From Diplonema japonicum (lineage: Eukaryota; Protista; Euglenozoa: Diplonemea), in assembly GCA_964019335.1 (NCBI GenBank), contig OZ025677.1, positions 434,001-498,000 on the forward strand: a DNA stretch of 64,000 bases, written 5' to 3'. A program made the position numbers and the translations under genes. The notes beneath the pieces were generated by a model. That model searched no databases. It had not been told where the DNA came from and saw only the letters and a list, made by a program, of their open reading frames with translations. Position 1 is the first letter of the stretch. Each line of letters begins with the position of its first letter. Below, in pieces: positions 33,150 to 44,438 of this stretch.

Positions 33150-34595
33150 TTATTTCTTCAAGCAATAGTCAGGCGGCACAGGGGGTGTCCCCTTCGGTAT
33201 GACGCCCAGGCGTTCCATGGCGTGGTACTTATCGTTCATGTTGCCCGTGCCCAGCCTCATGCGATGGCCATTCAAATTATATGCGCCAGTAACATGGAGG
33301 ATGGCTGCCTTACCAAGCTGCTCATGCCGCCCTTTGTCATCAAATGGCAGCCAATGCGGGAAAGTCCATGCAGGTGGGTGAATAAGAGTGTAAGTGAGGT
33401 TTGTGAACGGGTAGAAGTTGAGTACCTCCCTGGCAACAGACTGCTCCGACGGTTCAGATCCATAATACGAGTTGACATCAAGACCGGACGCCTTCATGAA
33501 CCTCGCAGGCATCGCAACCCTGCTCATGCTGTCCACCTCTGTTTGTTCCAACGGGCCGAAGGAAACCCCCCGGGAGTAAAATTGTGTTTTCCCACCGTGG
33601 TTCACCACCTTGCTCCCACCGCCGAACGCTTCGATAACATCGCCGAGCGACAGGTTCCGCTGGTGAAGCTTTGCGACAATCGTTTTGGAAATCTCCGTTT
33701 GCAGCCTGTAAAGCGCAAGCCGGGCTTTTTTACTGGAAGGTTTCCGAGCAGCCTTTCGCATGAGACCTTGAAAGTTCAACACCATGAAACCCGTGTTGTT
33801 GTACAAATACGGCCGTGGTAAATGTGCCTTGCCAGGTGTGTGAAGTGTCGCGTGATACGCCGCTCTGGACCAATCTAGTTCTGCGAACCATATTGAGATA
33901 AAAAGTTCCGCTTGCGTCCCTGCACGGGCGAGGATGAGGCCTGCATTCGGCCAGGTTTTAAATCCGTAAGGAAGGTCGAACCTTTCCCCGCCTTGCATGG
34001 CTAGATCGGGTCGTGGGTTTAGGGTATCATAGTGTGCCCATGGGTCCTGCACCATTATGGTGTCGATGTCCATGAAAAGTACATCAATCCCGACAGATAG
34101 AAATGCGTGGAGCAAAGCGGGTTTGAAGTAAATGGCGTTCTGTGTGGCGGTGCGGGGACCGTTGTCCTTGTTGTCCTTTGCGATCCACGGGCACAGAGTC
34201 CGTACGTCGATGTGGGTTACCCCTCTTTCCTTGCACCATTGTATGATGGAGTCATCGAGGGCGCCAATAATGATTCCTTGGTACTTCGGCCTTACTAGCT
34301 CAACTGATCGCAGCCACGCGTTTAGCATTTTTAAAGCCCTGCAATCTGAGAAGGTCGTGATTACTCTGTTCTCCCATGCGCCTTTAAGCATGGTGTCTCT
34401 CACATCGTTAGCGATTATTACCTTCATTTCTGGCGGTTGTGGTTGTTGGGTGGGTGGTTGGGGTTCATCTTCTGCGTGATTCACCTCGATCCCCCTGTTG
34501 TTTTGAGACGTTTCTGCTATCGTTGTGTTTATGTGGTAGATGACCCAAGCCCCCGTTAGTATTATGCTTGCGTAGCGTAGAATTAAAATTAGCAT
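33150..34595 (-). CDS. Type II membrane glycosyltransferase, nucleotide-diphospho-sugar transferase (GT77-like)
   Basis: N-terminal TM + stem; IGALD, KPALL..FL..GIDVLFMDID (DxD), NAGL. Confidence 0.8.
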   Translation of the reverse strand: MLILILRYASIILTGAWVIYHINTTIAETSQNNRGIEVNHAEDEPQPPTQQPQPPEMKVIIANDVRDTMLKGAWENRVITTFSDCRALKMLNAWLRSVELVRPKYQGIIIGALDDSIIQWCKERGVTHIDVRTLCPWIAKDNKDNGPRTATQNAIYFKPALLHAFLSVGIDVLFMDIDTIMVQDPWAHYDTLNPRPDLAMQGGERFDLPYGFKTWPNAGLILARAGTQAELFISIWFAELDWSRAAYHATLHTPGKAHLPRPYLYNNTGFMVLNFQGLMRKAARKPSSKKARLALYRLQTEISKTIVAKLHQRNLSLGDVIEAFGGGSKVVNHGGKTQFYSRGVSFGPLEQTEVDSMSRVAMPARFMKASGLDVNSYYGSEPSEQSVAREVLNFYPFTNLTYTLIHPPAWTFPHWLPFDDKGRHEQLGKAAILHVTGAYNLNGHRMRLGTGNMNDKYHAMERLGVIPKGTPPVPPDYCLKK

Positions 34596-34729
34596 TTTTT
34601 TTTCTTCTTGTTGTGTAAATTTAGTCTGAAAAAAAAAAAGGGGGTTTTTTTTTTTTTGAGCCTGTGCAAAAAAAAAAAGAAAAATGAAATTCTTTTCCTT
34701 CTCCCCCTATTATCTAGGGGGGGCTTTAA

Positions 34730-36583
34730 CCACTAAAGGACCGGGGGTTTTGGCGAAAAAAATGCCAAGGACCGTCTATTTATGAACCCGGGGAAAAAAA
34801 ATGCGAGAGTTTAACCATAGGAAAGTACACTATACCCTTTAAAAAGCACGTGACCCAGGGGGTAAAAAAAACAGTTTATTTTCCATGCAGGGGGGTACTT
34901 AGTGTTCATACGGGGTCGGGAGAGGAAATATACGACAAAGTACTGAGCATCACGAGCGACTTTGCTCAACCCACTCGAGGGCGCTTGGGCGGAGGACAGC
35001 CTCCCTCACTTTTTTTTTTTTCTGCAGATGTCGATTTTCTTCCAACATTGGGTCCTGGCGGACGCTGGCGCCCTTGAGGATTTTTTTTTTCAAGCGTCCC
35101 CAGAATTGTCGGTATTTTATCATGTCAGGGTAGTCATTTTTTGTCTGAAAAATCTCAAAGCACTCAGGGCACAGGGCAACATTGCACGTTTTGTAGTAAA
35201 ATTGTTTTTTTTTTTTTTTGATTTTTGGCACAGCCTTGAGGTGAACTTCATACTATAGGCAAAATCGAAGAGATTAAAGGCAAAGTTATAGGCAAAGCCG
35301 AAAAGGCTAACACGGGTTTGGTACGGCCGTGCCACAAGAGGAACCGGATGCTGTCCGAACTCTGCCGCATGACTCTGTCATGGCGTGAGATTTGTTTGCT
35401 GGCCTCCTTTTTCGTTTTTCTGCCCACTGTCGTCTTCCGGAGTTAAACCGTGCCCACGGGGTTGTATTTTTCTGTTGCGCTGAACCTCCGATAGCATGCA
35501 TACCCATACTCAAAAGAGAGCAGAAGAACTGGTAATTAGAATAAAGATTATCCATCGCAACCCAGTGACCACGATGCTCGAACTGTCGCAGAAGACATGG
35601 TACCGTGTCCTCCGGGTCCCCACCAGGGTAAATTCTAATGTTAAGCGCGCACCCTGTGCATGAATGCGGCGGAGTACACCTTAAAGCCATAGCGCTTGCG
35701 TTTAGCTGGTTGAAAAACGCTGTGCTTAAGGCGGGAGAAGGAGCAAATCAATGCTCAGCCCTTGACCGGGGGTGGCTTTCCAGCTGGAGGAGTCCGGGAA
35801 TGCAGCATCTCCACTTTTGATAGTGTCCCGTTGCCCTGTGAGCCAAAGTGGACACAACCAGAAGATATGGAGAAATGTGTCGCGGCCCAGGACACGGCCT
35901 ATGTAAGGCGTTGCAATCTCTTCCTTTGTAGACCAGCAGTCCTTGACGCCCGCCCTGCAGACTTCGTCCATCAAGGCGGGCAGAACCCAGACGGCGATCT
36001 AGATGTTCAGTTGTGCCACGTCTGCGTCGGATGTGGTGCCTTGGATGTGGTGCCCTTGGATGTGGTGCCCTTGGATGTGGTGCCCTTGGATGTGGTGCCC
36101 TTGGATGTGGTGCCCTTGGATGTGGTGCCCTTGGATGTGGCATACACCTTCGAACAGCTGATAATGGACCTCAGCAAGCTGTTTGCGATAAACAAGCTGA
36201 AAAGTTGTAGCCTATCCATGTCGCCGTTCGATGTTGCTGGACCCCTGTACCCATGTCATTTCCTGGCCGGTATACGGTTGATATTTGTCCCCCAACGCAC
36301 ACCACCCTCATCTGAGGTGGTGCTGGGGCTGGAAGGAGCACTTGAAATCACTTTAGAAGGTCCTGAGAAGGTGCTCTCAGATACTAAGTAAAACAGGACA
36401 CCAAGCAACCCCCTTGGGGACGGGTCTTTGTGTTTGTTCTTCGCGCAAAAGGGTATTTAAAATAAAAAAGAATCGCGGAACAATGGGTCTTAGTAAAGTC
36501 CAGGGGCTGTGGGGCACAAAAAGTGTCACATAGAAAAGATAATTTTTCTTAAGGACACATATGTCCTCATGGTCCTTTAGTGG
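34730..36583 (-). mobile_element. Decayed piggyBac DNA transposon (second family)
   Basis: TTAA|ccactaaaggacc ... ggtcctttagtgg|TTAA. Transposase remnants DCWST...LGRDTF, GHWVAMDNLYSN, CNVALCPECF. Confidence 0.9.
36029..36140. repeat. 15-bp minisatellite (ggatgtggtgccctt) x~7.5 inside piggyBac
   Basis: Direct inspection. Confidence 0.95.
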
Positions 36584-37155
36584 TTAAAATAAAAAAAAAA
36601 AAAAAGACTTGTAAAAAAAGGAGGGAAAAAAAAAAGAAGGAGTAACAACCAAATGTTTTTTTCTCACGTTTCAACCCCCCCTCCTCCCCCCTTTGGCCTC
36701 TTCTCTTTTCTTCAGGCTCCTTTGAGCCAATCAGAAAAAAGGAGGATTCCGAAGGGGGAAAAAAAAACTCTTTGAAAGAAAAAAAAAGTGGGAAAAGAAA
36801 ACTACTGCGAAGAATAAGAGAGGGAAGTATAAAATAAAAATAAAAGAAATAATATGGTAAAAACCTTGACGTTTTCTTTTTTTTTTTTTTGTTGTTCTCG
36901 GGAAAAAAAGCAAAGGTAAAAAAAAAGAAGAAAAAAAAAAGAAAAAAAAAACTGCAGGAGGTATATCCTTTACTCGGCACAAAGAATACAAAGTTTTATT
37001 ATCACTTTTTTAACCATATTGCATTTGGATAAAATCAAAGAAAATATATATAAAAAAAAAAAGTCTCACACAAAAAGAAAAAAAGGAAAAAAAAAAAAAA
37101 AAACGAACACTGTCACGTTGGCTATGTGGTTAATGCACCATTACCCTCCCTCTTC

Positions 37156-38343
37156 TTAGTACCTCCCGTGGTGGCCGCCCTGTATGGGTTGGACAGAAGA
37201 CCTATGAATGGGCCCAAAGAAGGAGAACCCAGCACTGAGATCGATGGGCTTAGAGGAGGAGAGCTGCGGAACCTGCGAATAACCCTTTCTCTTCAGCTCA
37301 ACACGCATCTGCTCAAGGAGGTCAACGAAACGCAGGTTGCGGTTCTTCAGGAGTACGGAGGCCATGGAGTTGGTGCAGGCACCACCGGCACCCCCAGGCC
37401 CGCTGCCAGGCGGGAGCCCGAACGACTGCACGTTTGACACATCTGCGGAGGTCTGGTGGTCACCGCACCCTGACAACATGACAACGTCGGCCTGAACCTG
37501 TCCCTGCCCGTCTTGCTTGAACCCACTCCCCCCGCCACCGCCACCGCCACCGCCACCAAGGAACCCTTGCAGCAGCTCCATCCCTAGCTTCATGGCCTTC
37601 TTCTTATCCGTGAGACACATCGCAAGCTGCTGCGGGTTCACCAGAGCCTTCTGCATCGCGTTCTCATTCGCCGTGAACAGGAAGGGCAGGTCCATCGCCG
37701 TCCCGCTGTGGCAGCAGTCCATGACAGCGGTCATGCGCACCCCTGCAGGAAGTGGCCGCACCAGCAGGTTGAAGACCTCGTCGTCTGAAATCTGCCCTGC
37801 CGTCTTGTAGTCGACGGGGATGAGCGTCTCGTCGTAGCCGTCGGCCTCGTCGCCGGAGGTGTCCTTCTGCTGCCCGCCGTGGCCGGAGTAGTGCAGGAAG
37901 AGCGTGTCGCCAGGTCTGTTGTTGCTGGCCAGCCATCTGAACGCATTGAGCATCTCCTGTTTGGTGGGGTACTTGGCACCGGGGAACTGCCTGTCGTCCA
38001 CCAGGATCACCTCCTGGTAGGACCCTGAGGCCAGCCCGTTCTGCCTGACCAGGTTCTGCATTGTCTTCACGTCGTTGACACACCCGCTGAGCTGCCCCTG
38101 CTGACCGTAGTAGTTGATCCCAATGAGAAGAGCCTTCACGTTACCCTTTCCAGGACCCCCCATTGCCTGCGGGGGTGCTTGCTGGTGGTGCTGCGGTGGG
38201 TGGCTTTGGTACCCATGCTGCTGTTGCTGGTGACCTTGCTGGTAGTGCTGGTGACCTTGCTGGGGCTTGGGCTTGCCCACGTGGCCATCTCCATCAAGGT
38301 CGACACCCAGTGCAGTTTCAGCCTTTTGGAAGAGCTTCTTCAT
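37156..38343 (-). CDS. Type I metacaspase (peptidase C14B) with Q/H/P-rich prodomain
   Basis: KALLIGINY, LSGCVND, HYSGHG, DCCHSG catalytic dyad, SGC.D.QTSAD, QVPQLSSS. Confidence 0.95.
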   Translation of the reverse strand: MKKLFQKAETALGVDLDGDGHVGKPKPQQGHQHYQQGHQQQQHGYQSHPPQHHQQAPPQAMGGPGKGNVKALLIGINYYGQQGQLSGCVNDVKTMQNLVRQNGLASGSYQEVILVDDRQFPGAKYPTKQEMLNAFRWLASNNRPGDTLFLHYSGHGGQQKDTSGDEADGYDETLIPVDYKTAGQISDDEVFNLLVRPLPAGVRMTAVMDCCHSGTAMDLPFLFTANENAMQKALVNPQQLAMCLTDKKKAMKLGMELLQGFLGGGGGGGGGGSGFKQDGQGQVQADVVMLSGCGDHQTSADVSNVQSFGLPPGSGPGGAGGACTNSMASVLLKNRNLRFVDLLEQMRVELKRKGYSQVPQLSSSKPIDLSAGFSFFGPIHRSSVQPIQGGHHGRY

Positions 38344-39067
38344 CTTTTTTTTCTTTCAAAGTATCAACCCTGCAAGACTATATACCAAGGGTGGTAAAGA
38401 TAGTTATAAAAGACTGAGAAAAATCATGCAAAAAAGAGAAAGAAAAAAAGAGAAAGAACGAGTTTTCTATCGTCCAGCCAGAACAAAGATAAAGTGGAGA
38501 ATAAAAAAGAACTGCATGATGGAGGGAACGACCCCTCCACCAAAAGAAGGTAAAAAGAAAAAAAGGGAAACAAGAAACAAAAAAGAAACAAAAACGGATG
38601 GATGTCTTCCCCTCCGTTACAAAAGAAAAAACTCGATAAATTCTCAGTGTGCAGGTGGGGGGGGGGGGGGGGGGTCTCACGGTAAGAGAAAAAAAAAGAA
38701 GGAAACAAACGTTGGTCACACATTTCTTTTGTTATTCTTACTTTCTTCTTTTTTCTTTTATTCTTTTTAAAACACCGCAGCAAATATTTCCTTTGTTCTT
38801 TCCATTCTTTTTCAAATTATATGTATCCACCAGAAGGGCGAGCTTCATGGATGGGCCCTTGTCTAACTAATTTCGCGCGATACTTTCAAAAAAGAAAAAG
38901 AAAAAGAAGAATAGAAAAAGAAAAGCGAGACTTAAAAAAAAAAGGGAAATGAAAACAATCGGCCATTGGTTCAAAAGTCTAAAAGAATTCATTCTTTCTT
39001 TCTCTTTCGAACAAAGTACCGGTTATGGTTCATTTTCTTTTCTCTTTTTACACGAAAAAAAATAACT

Positions 39068-39976
39068 CTATTCGCAAGAGCGGAGGAAGGGAATGTCCTT
39101 CTGTGCAGCGTTTTCGAGAGACGTGAAGAACTCGAAGTGGATCCCTACAGCGTCCGCATTCTTGATGAGCGTGCAGAAAAGCTGTTCATCAGCAGGGTTC
39201 CCTCCAATAAGGGGACGGGACCCTCCGTGGGGGGAAATGTACCATCCGGTAACCTTCCTTGACGCGGCCCACGACAGCCACTTCTGCTGAAGTACTGCGT
39301 CATAAGCAATTTCCCTGTCCATGTACCACATGTTAACAGGACCCGTGAAGCTTCCCTTATAAGGAGCTGCCATGCTGTTGTTGAACCAGTTTTGCGAGGT
39401 AAAGACAGCGAAGCCTTTGAACGATTCGTGATGTGCTTCATCCGCAGCAACTTCTTGCATCAGTTTTTCCAGAGCGGTCTCGTCAACCGTCTCGAACCAC
39501 TGTCTAGGTTGTGTAGGTGACGCGACAGCAAGCCCTATCACTACTGACTTCCCCGGTATGGTATCTGCGTATCTGAGGTAGGGTTCAGCGCCCTTGTGCG
39601 CGGCTTCAAGTGTTGTTTGGTAATCCATCAGGACAGCTGTGTCTACGAGATCGACGACGTGTTCCGCCACGGAGGCGTTCTTGCCGTTGTAGGTAATGTT
39701 GAAGCAGTACGCCACGGGGGGGAGCCCCTCCCCCGGGCACGCCCACCCCGTCCCCGCGTCCGCGCTCATTTTAAGCCCCGCTTTGTGCGCCAGGCTCGTG
39801 AAGTTCTGCAGCTCCTGGAAATATTTCGCACACGCTACCAACTGGTCGCTCACATTGTGGTACGGCGGCCCCAAGCCACTGCACGATTCGTCGTCAATCG
39901 TCAACCCGATAACCTTACCACTGACCTGCGCACAGCAGGCGAGCAGTAGTATGGCAACAGTCCTCTGCATCGTCAT
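39068..39976 (-). CDS. Secreted TIM-barrel glycoside-hydrolase-like protein (GH18-like, apparently permuted)
   Basis: Start MTMQRTVAILLLACCAQVSG (signal peptide) at 39976. Strand motifs GLTIDDE, VLMDY, GKSVVIG, GFAVF, NMWY, TGWYI, GIHFEF. Confidence 0.65.
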   Translation of the reverse strand: MTMQRTVAILLLACCAQVSGKVIGLTIDDESCSGLGPPYHNVSDQLVACAKYFQELQNFTSLAHKAGLKMSADAGTGWACPGEGLPPVAYCFNITYNGKNASVAEHVVDLVDTAVLMDYQTTLEAAHKGAEPYLRYADTIPGKSVVIGLAVASPTQPRQWFETVDETALEKLMQEVAADEAHHESFKGFAVFTSQNWFNNSMAAPYKGSFTGPVNMWYMDREIAYDAVLQQKWLSWAASRKVTGWYISPHGGSRPLIGGNPADEQLFCTLIKNADAVGIHFEFFTSLENAAQKDIPFLRSCE

Positions 39977-40388
39977 TAATATCCTGTTAGGGCTTTTCTT
40001 TTTGAATTTGTCTTGTAGGATAAAAAAAGAGGGGGGGTTGGGGAAGCTAAAGGGATACAGAAAGGGGAGATATGTGGGCCATGTCTTCGTCGTTACACTG
40101 GTTAACAAGAACACTGCGGGGGGCCATCTCCCTGCTTTGTACACGCCACTCTGTTGCTTGTGGCGCACGTGCGATGAAGGTATACGTGCAAAGGGATAAG
40201 GGGGCTTCTTAAAAAGAAAGAGAATGCGTGCTTCCATCTTTGCGCCGGTACTAAAGAAGGACAACGAAAACAGCAAGGAAAGCAGTGAAGAGGCAGTTGC
40301 CTACCTAAAGAAAGGAAGGGACCGAAGCTAATAAAGAAAAGAAGAATGAAACGAAGGAAAGATTGAGACAAATAAAATGAGTGCATGT

Positions 40389-42482
40389 CTACTGCCTTGC
40401 GCTGATGCTGATCTGCTGTTGGGTGGAGTAGGAGACAGGGGTACCGACGTGGAGGGCTGTCTGGTTGGCGTAGAGGGAGGGTGCCTGTGCTCCGCAGGAG
40501 TCGATGACGACAGAGAAGGTGTCTGGGTGGATGTCAACAGTGAGGAGGCAGCCCAGGTAGTAGAGCTTGGAGAGGGTGAGGCGGTCGGAGCCGCCGGAGG
40601 GGGGCGCGGGCTTGGTGATGGTGAGGGCGCCGTCCGTGAGGCGGACGCCTCCGAACCCTGCCCACACGGACTGCAAGAAGCCGCCGGCCGCGGTGAGGAA
40701 GTTCGGGCAGCCGCTGTTCTCCTCGTACTCCCCCCAGGTGTGGAAGGGCCCCGACGGGTTGTTCTGCCTCACCGTCGCGTCGAAGGCCTTCGCCGCCTGG
40801 TCGTCGTAGCCGATGCTGCGGTAGCCGATGGTGAAGATGGCCCAGGTCATCGCAACGGAGTTCCGCGTGTGGTTCCCGTAGAAGTTCAGGTCGTTGAAGT
40901 AGACGTTGTGTGGCATCGGGAACATCAGGGGGTACCCCATCAGCACCACGTCCGCCTGCTTCACCATCCCCTCCTTGTACCCCTCGTACTCCGGGTGGTA
41001 CTGCTTCGTCGTGTCGAACGGGATCACCAGCTTCGCCTCCACCTCGTCCCACCCCGCAGGGGTCGTCTTCCCCAAGATCGCAGCCGCGAGCTTCGTCCAC
41101 ACGAAGGTCTGCTTCGCCACCGCGTTCGTGTACGCCGAGTTGTTCACCCCGTTCGCGTCCTCGTCAGGGCACATCACGTTGTTGATGGAGTAGGTCCCGT
41201 CCCTGTTCTGCACCACCCGCGACGCCCAGAAGGTCGACACGTTGTACAGCACGGGGTACACCATGTCCGCCAGGAGCTGCTTGTCGTGCGTCGCCCGCCA
41301 CATCTGCCACATCGCCTGCGCCACGTCCCCGCTGATGTGGATCTCTTGGTACTCGTAGATGCTGTTGTAGCACACCTCCTGCCCCGTCTCACCGGACTGC
41401 CACGGGAACTGGTACCCCTTCCACCCCTGCATCTCCGCGTTCTGGCGCGCCCCCTCCCTCACGTTGTACCTGTACTGCATCTGCGACCGCCCCAGGTCGT
41501 GGTGGAACAGCAGCGCGTTCGGGTAGATCCACGTGTCGCTGTCCCAGAACACGTTCCCCCAGTAGCCGTTCGTGGAGAGGCCCCCGGGAGACGTGTCCCA
41601 CGGCACCTCCTTGTGCAGCGCCGACAGCACCCCGTAGAAGGAGGCGTTGATGGACTGCGCGAGGTCGTGGTCCCCCTCCACGAACATCCCCGCCGCCGTC
41701 AGCTCCGTCCACTCCGCCGTGTGCGTCGCGTACAGGTTCGCATCCCGCGCCGCCCCCTTGTACATCGAGATCGCCTCCTCCTCCATCCCGTTGCTTGTGC
41801 TGCTGTTCGCGTCCAGCGAGGTCACCCTCACAGAAAGGAAACGCCTCACCCCTCCCCCGAGCTCCACAGGCTGGTCCACAGCCGTCCGCACCACCACGAA
41901 CGAGATCAGCGGCGACCCAGGGTACTCCCTCCGGTCGATCGTTCCCGTGTACACCTCCATCTCGGAGGTCGACGACCCTGCTTTCGTGTACTCCATGTAG
42001 CAGTTCCCAGGGTCCTCGTCCGTCGCGTGCGTGCAGTCCACTGAAGGGCGCCTCCCCGCCCCGTCCTGGTAGCGGTCCGACCCGGTCCCCCCGATGAACT
42101 CCGTCACCAGCAGGTTCTTCTGCACGCGGTGCGCGTACCACCTCTGCAGCACCCCGTTGGAGTAGATGCGCTCCGCTGTCCCGAACTGCATGTCGAGTGC
42201 GTACCCCGCAGGGCTCGCTCCCTCCAGCGCTATGTTCGTCGATGCGGGGAAGGTGGCCCGCGAGGACTGCGTCTTCGCCTCCCAGTTGTACACCCCTGCA
42301 ACGTACTCAGCGGGGTTCGTCACCAGCGTGCTCACGTACCCGTTCCCCACAGTCGGCAGCGCCTTCCAGTTGCTCGTGAAGGACGTGTCCATCGTGTACA
42401 TCAGGCTCGCCGTCTTCTCCTTCGCTACCCACTCCGCAGGCGGGCTTACGGCAAGCACCGCCCCTAGCAATACGGGGTGCAT
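40389..42482 (-). CDS. Secreted GH65 family glycoside hydrolase (PGGHG / acid-trehalase-like)
   Basis: VGNGY, YWGNVFWDSDTW, FPWQS, EIHISGDVA, PDE, YTN, VKQADVVL, FLTAAGGFLQ. Confidence 0.9.
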   Translation of the reverse strand: MHPVLLGAVLAVSPPAEWVAKEKTASLMYTMDTSFTSNWKALPTVGNGYVSTLVTNPAEYVAGVYNWEAKTQSSRATFPASTNIALEGASPAGYALDMQFGTAERIYSNGVLQRWYAHRVQKNLLVTEFIGGTGSDRYQDGAGRRPSVDCTHATDEDPGNCYMEYTKAGSSTSEMEVYTGTIDRREYPGSPLISFVVVRTAVDQPVELGGGVRRFLSVRVTSLDANSSTSNGMEEEAISMYKGAARDANLYATHTAEWTELTAAGMFVEGDHDLAQSINASFYGVLSALHKEVPWDTSPGGLSTNGYWGNVFWDSDTWIYPNALLFHHDLGRSQMQYRYNVREGARQNAEMQGWKGYQFPWQSGETGQEVCYNSIYEYQEIHISGDVAQAMWQMWRATHDKQLLADMVYPVLYNVSTFWASRVVQNRDGTYSINNVMCPDEDANGVNNSAYTNAVAKQTFVWTKLAAAILGKTTPAGWDEVEAKLVIPFDTTKQYHPEYEGYKEGMVKQADVVLMGYPLMFPMPHNVYFNDLNFYGNHTRNSVAMTWAIFTIGYRSIGYDDQAAKAFDATVRQNNPSGPFHTWGEYEENSGCPNFLTAAGGFLQSVWAGFGGVRLTDGALTITKPAPPSGGSDRLTLSKLYYLGCLLTVDIHPDTFSVVIDSCGAQAPSLYANQTALHVGTPVSYSTQQQISISARQ

Positions 42483-43094
42483 TTCTCTCCTTTTCGTTTG
42501 AACGCCTTTTGTGGATATTTAGGAAGAGGGGAAGGGTCGTGGAAAAAAAAAAAATAAAGAAGAAAAAAAACAGGAGGTTTTTAATAAGAAAAAAAAAAGG
42601 AAAAGAAAAAAAGAAAGAAGGGACCAGGCCGGCCCGTTGTCAGTGTGGGCATCTGCTATTGTTCCCTTTTCTTCTTTTTTTTTTCGTTCTGCTTAGACTC
42701 GGAATAAATTTGGGGGGGGGGGGAAGAAGAAAAAAAAAGAAAAGAGACATTTAAAAAAAAGAGGAGGTGCTCTATGGATGGAAAAAATGTTGCTCATAGG
42801 TCGGTCTTTAGTTTTATTCCATCTTTTTTATTTTTATTTTTTTCTGCACCCCTGTCAGGGACAAAAAAATAATAGTCAGTTGTATGGACAGTGTTAAAAA
42901 AATTAGAAAAAAACAGAGCTGATAGATTTTTGGCTCTTTCGTTTTTTTTTTTTTTGTTTCTTTTTACTTTTCCTTTTTTTCTTTTTTTTTTTTTGCGTTC
43001 TTTTTCCTTTTTCAGGGTGTATGAATAAAGGAGGACACCGAACTGCCCCCCCTGTTCTCATCTTCACTTCTTCAAAAGAGAATTAAACTTTTCT

Positions 43095-43129
<35 letters not shown>

Positions 43130-43661
43130 CTATTTTCTTTTCTTTTGCACTTTATTCACCTCTGGAAAAATAAAATAAAAATAAAAAAGATTCAAAAAAA
43201 TTAGATTATTTTCTTTTCCTCGGGGGCCGGTGCCTACCGGCTCTAGCCGGCTAATACCCTCTCCTTTAGTCTCGTATTTTGCTCCTCCAAAAACGGTGAA
43301 GCGAGGGCTTGTAAGAAATGGAACAGGAGACATGGAAACCCGACATTTTAAAAAGGATCTCTGTCAGGGAACGAGATCACAACTGCTGGTAGGGAGTGCA
43401 CTCACTCCAATGTGCTATGAAGGGAGCTTGCACTCTTAGGAATCGCTCTCATCGTGTAAGAGAATTAAAGTCTTTTTTTTTTCCTTTTTTCTTTTTCTTC
43501 TTCTTCTTTGTAAACCTCGAAAAACATAAACACAGCAAATAGAGAGAATAAAAAAAAAGTAAACACAGGCTAGTTTCTCAATAGGGGGGCTGCCCTGTAT
43601 GGGCAGCCTACACCACTACTGTAGAATGCTAAAACCTCTTTAATTTCTAAGCTTGTCCATC

Positions 43662-43691
<30 letters not shown>

Positions 43692-43693
<2 letters not shown>

Positions 43694-43785
43694 TGCTGGC
43701 AAGAAACGGAGAAACGTTTCCGTTTCCGTTCCCGTTTCCTTATTTTTGAAAAAAAAGCTTAAAAACGCGTTTCCTTGCCAACATA
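43692..43785. mobile_element. Mini inverted-repeat element (~95 bp)
   Basis: atgctggcaagaaacg ... cgtttccttgccaacat with cgtttcc subterminal repeats. Confidence 0.5.
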
Positions 43786-44438
43786 GCGCTAGAGGGGGGG
43801 GGGTCAACAGTGCTAACATGATCTAAAAGTGCTTTCTAAATGGGCCTACAGAAATGACTGTCGGCCCCTTTTTTGAACTTCATGTGGCATCAACAAAATA
43901 ATTACTCAATGTAAAAGACAATCCACGTGAATTAAAAACTACACAAAAAAAACCCCCCCCCTGATGGGCACCTAAAAACATGAAAGGCAAAAAAAAAAAG
44001 AAAAAAAAAAGAAAAAGAGTCGGTTGATTGTTGTTTGTGCACAGCCGGGATTAACCTGTAGAAGGATAAGCCCAACAATGCTACCACTACTCTTTTTAGC
44101 AATAACAATTCATTATCAATATATTGTTTTTCTTGTTCATGCAAAAAAAAATGAAAACAGAGAGGGAGAAAAAACCTTTTTAGAAAGGAAGCAAAAGTAA
44201 GGGGAGGGGAAGGTGATGGGGGGAGAGAAAAAAAAGATCTTTTTCTTTTCTCCCGTTTTTTTTTTTTTTTCTTCTTTTTTTTTTTCCGTTTTTCCCCCCA
44301 CGGTGAGATCTCTCCCACACCGAGATTCATCAATTTTTTTTTTTTTTTTTTTTTTTTTGGTGGACAGTGTTTTAGTAGTCAGGGGGCGGTTTACCTGCTT
44401 CAACCAAAATCTTCCAAAGAAGCTAAAAAAAAAAAAAA

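Noticed and set aside
36029-36140. Regular repeat array as CRISPR or repeat protein (PHPRA/LDVVP ORFs)
   Set aside because: No spacers; a simple 15-bp minisatellite within a dead piggyBac.
40377-42044. 555-aa plus-strand ORF
   Set aside because: Antisense shadow of the GC3-rich GH65 gene; V/R/H-rich with no motifs.
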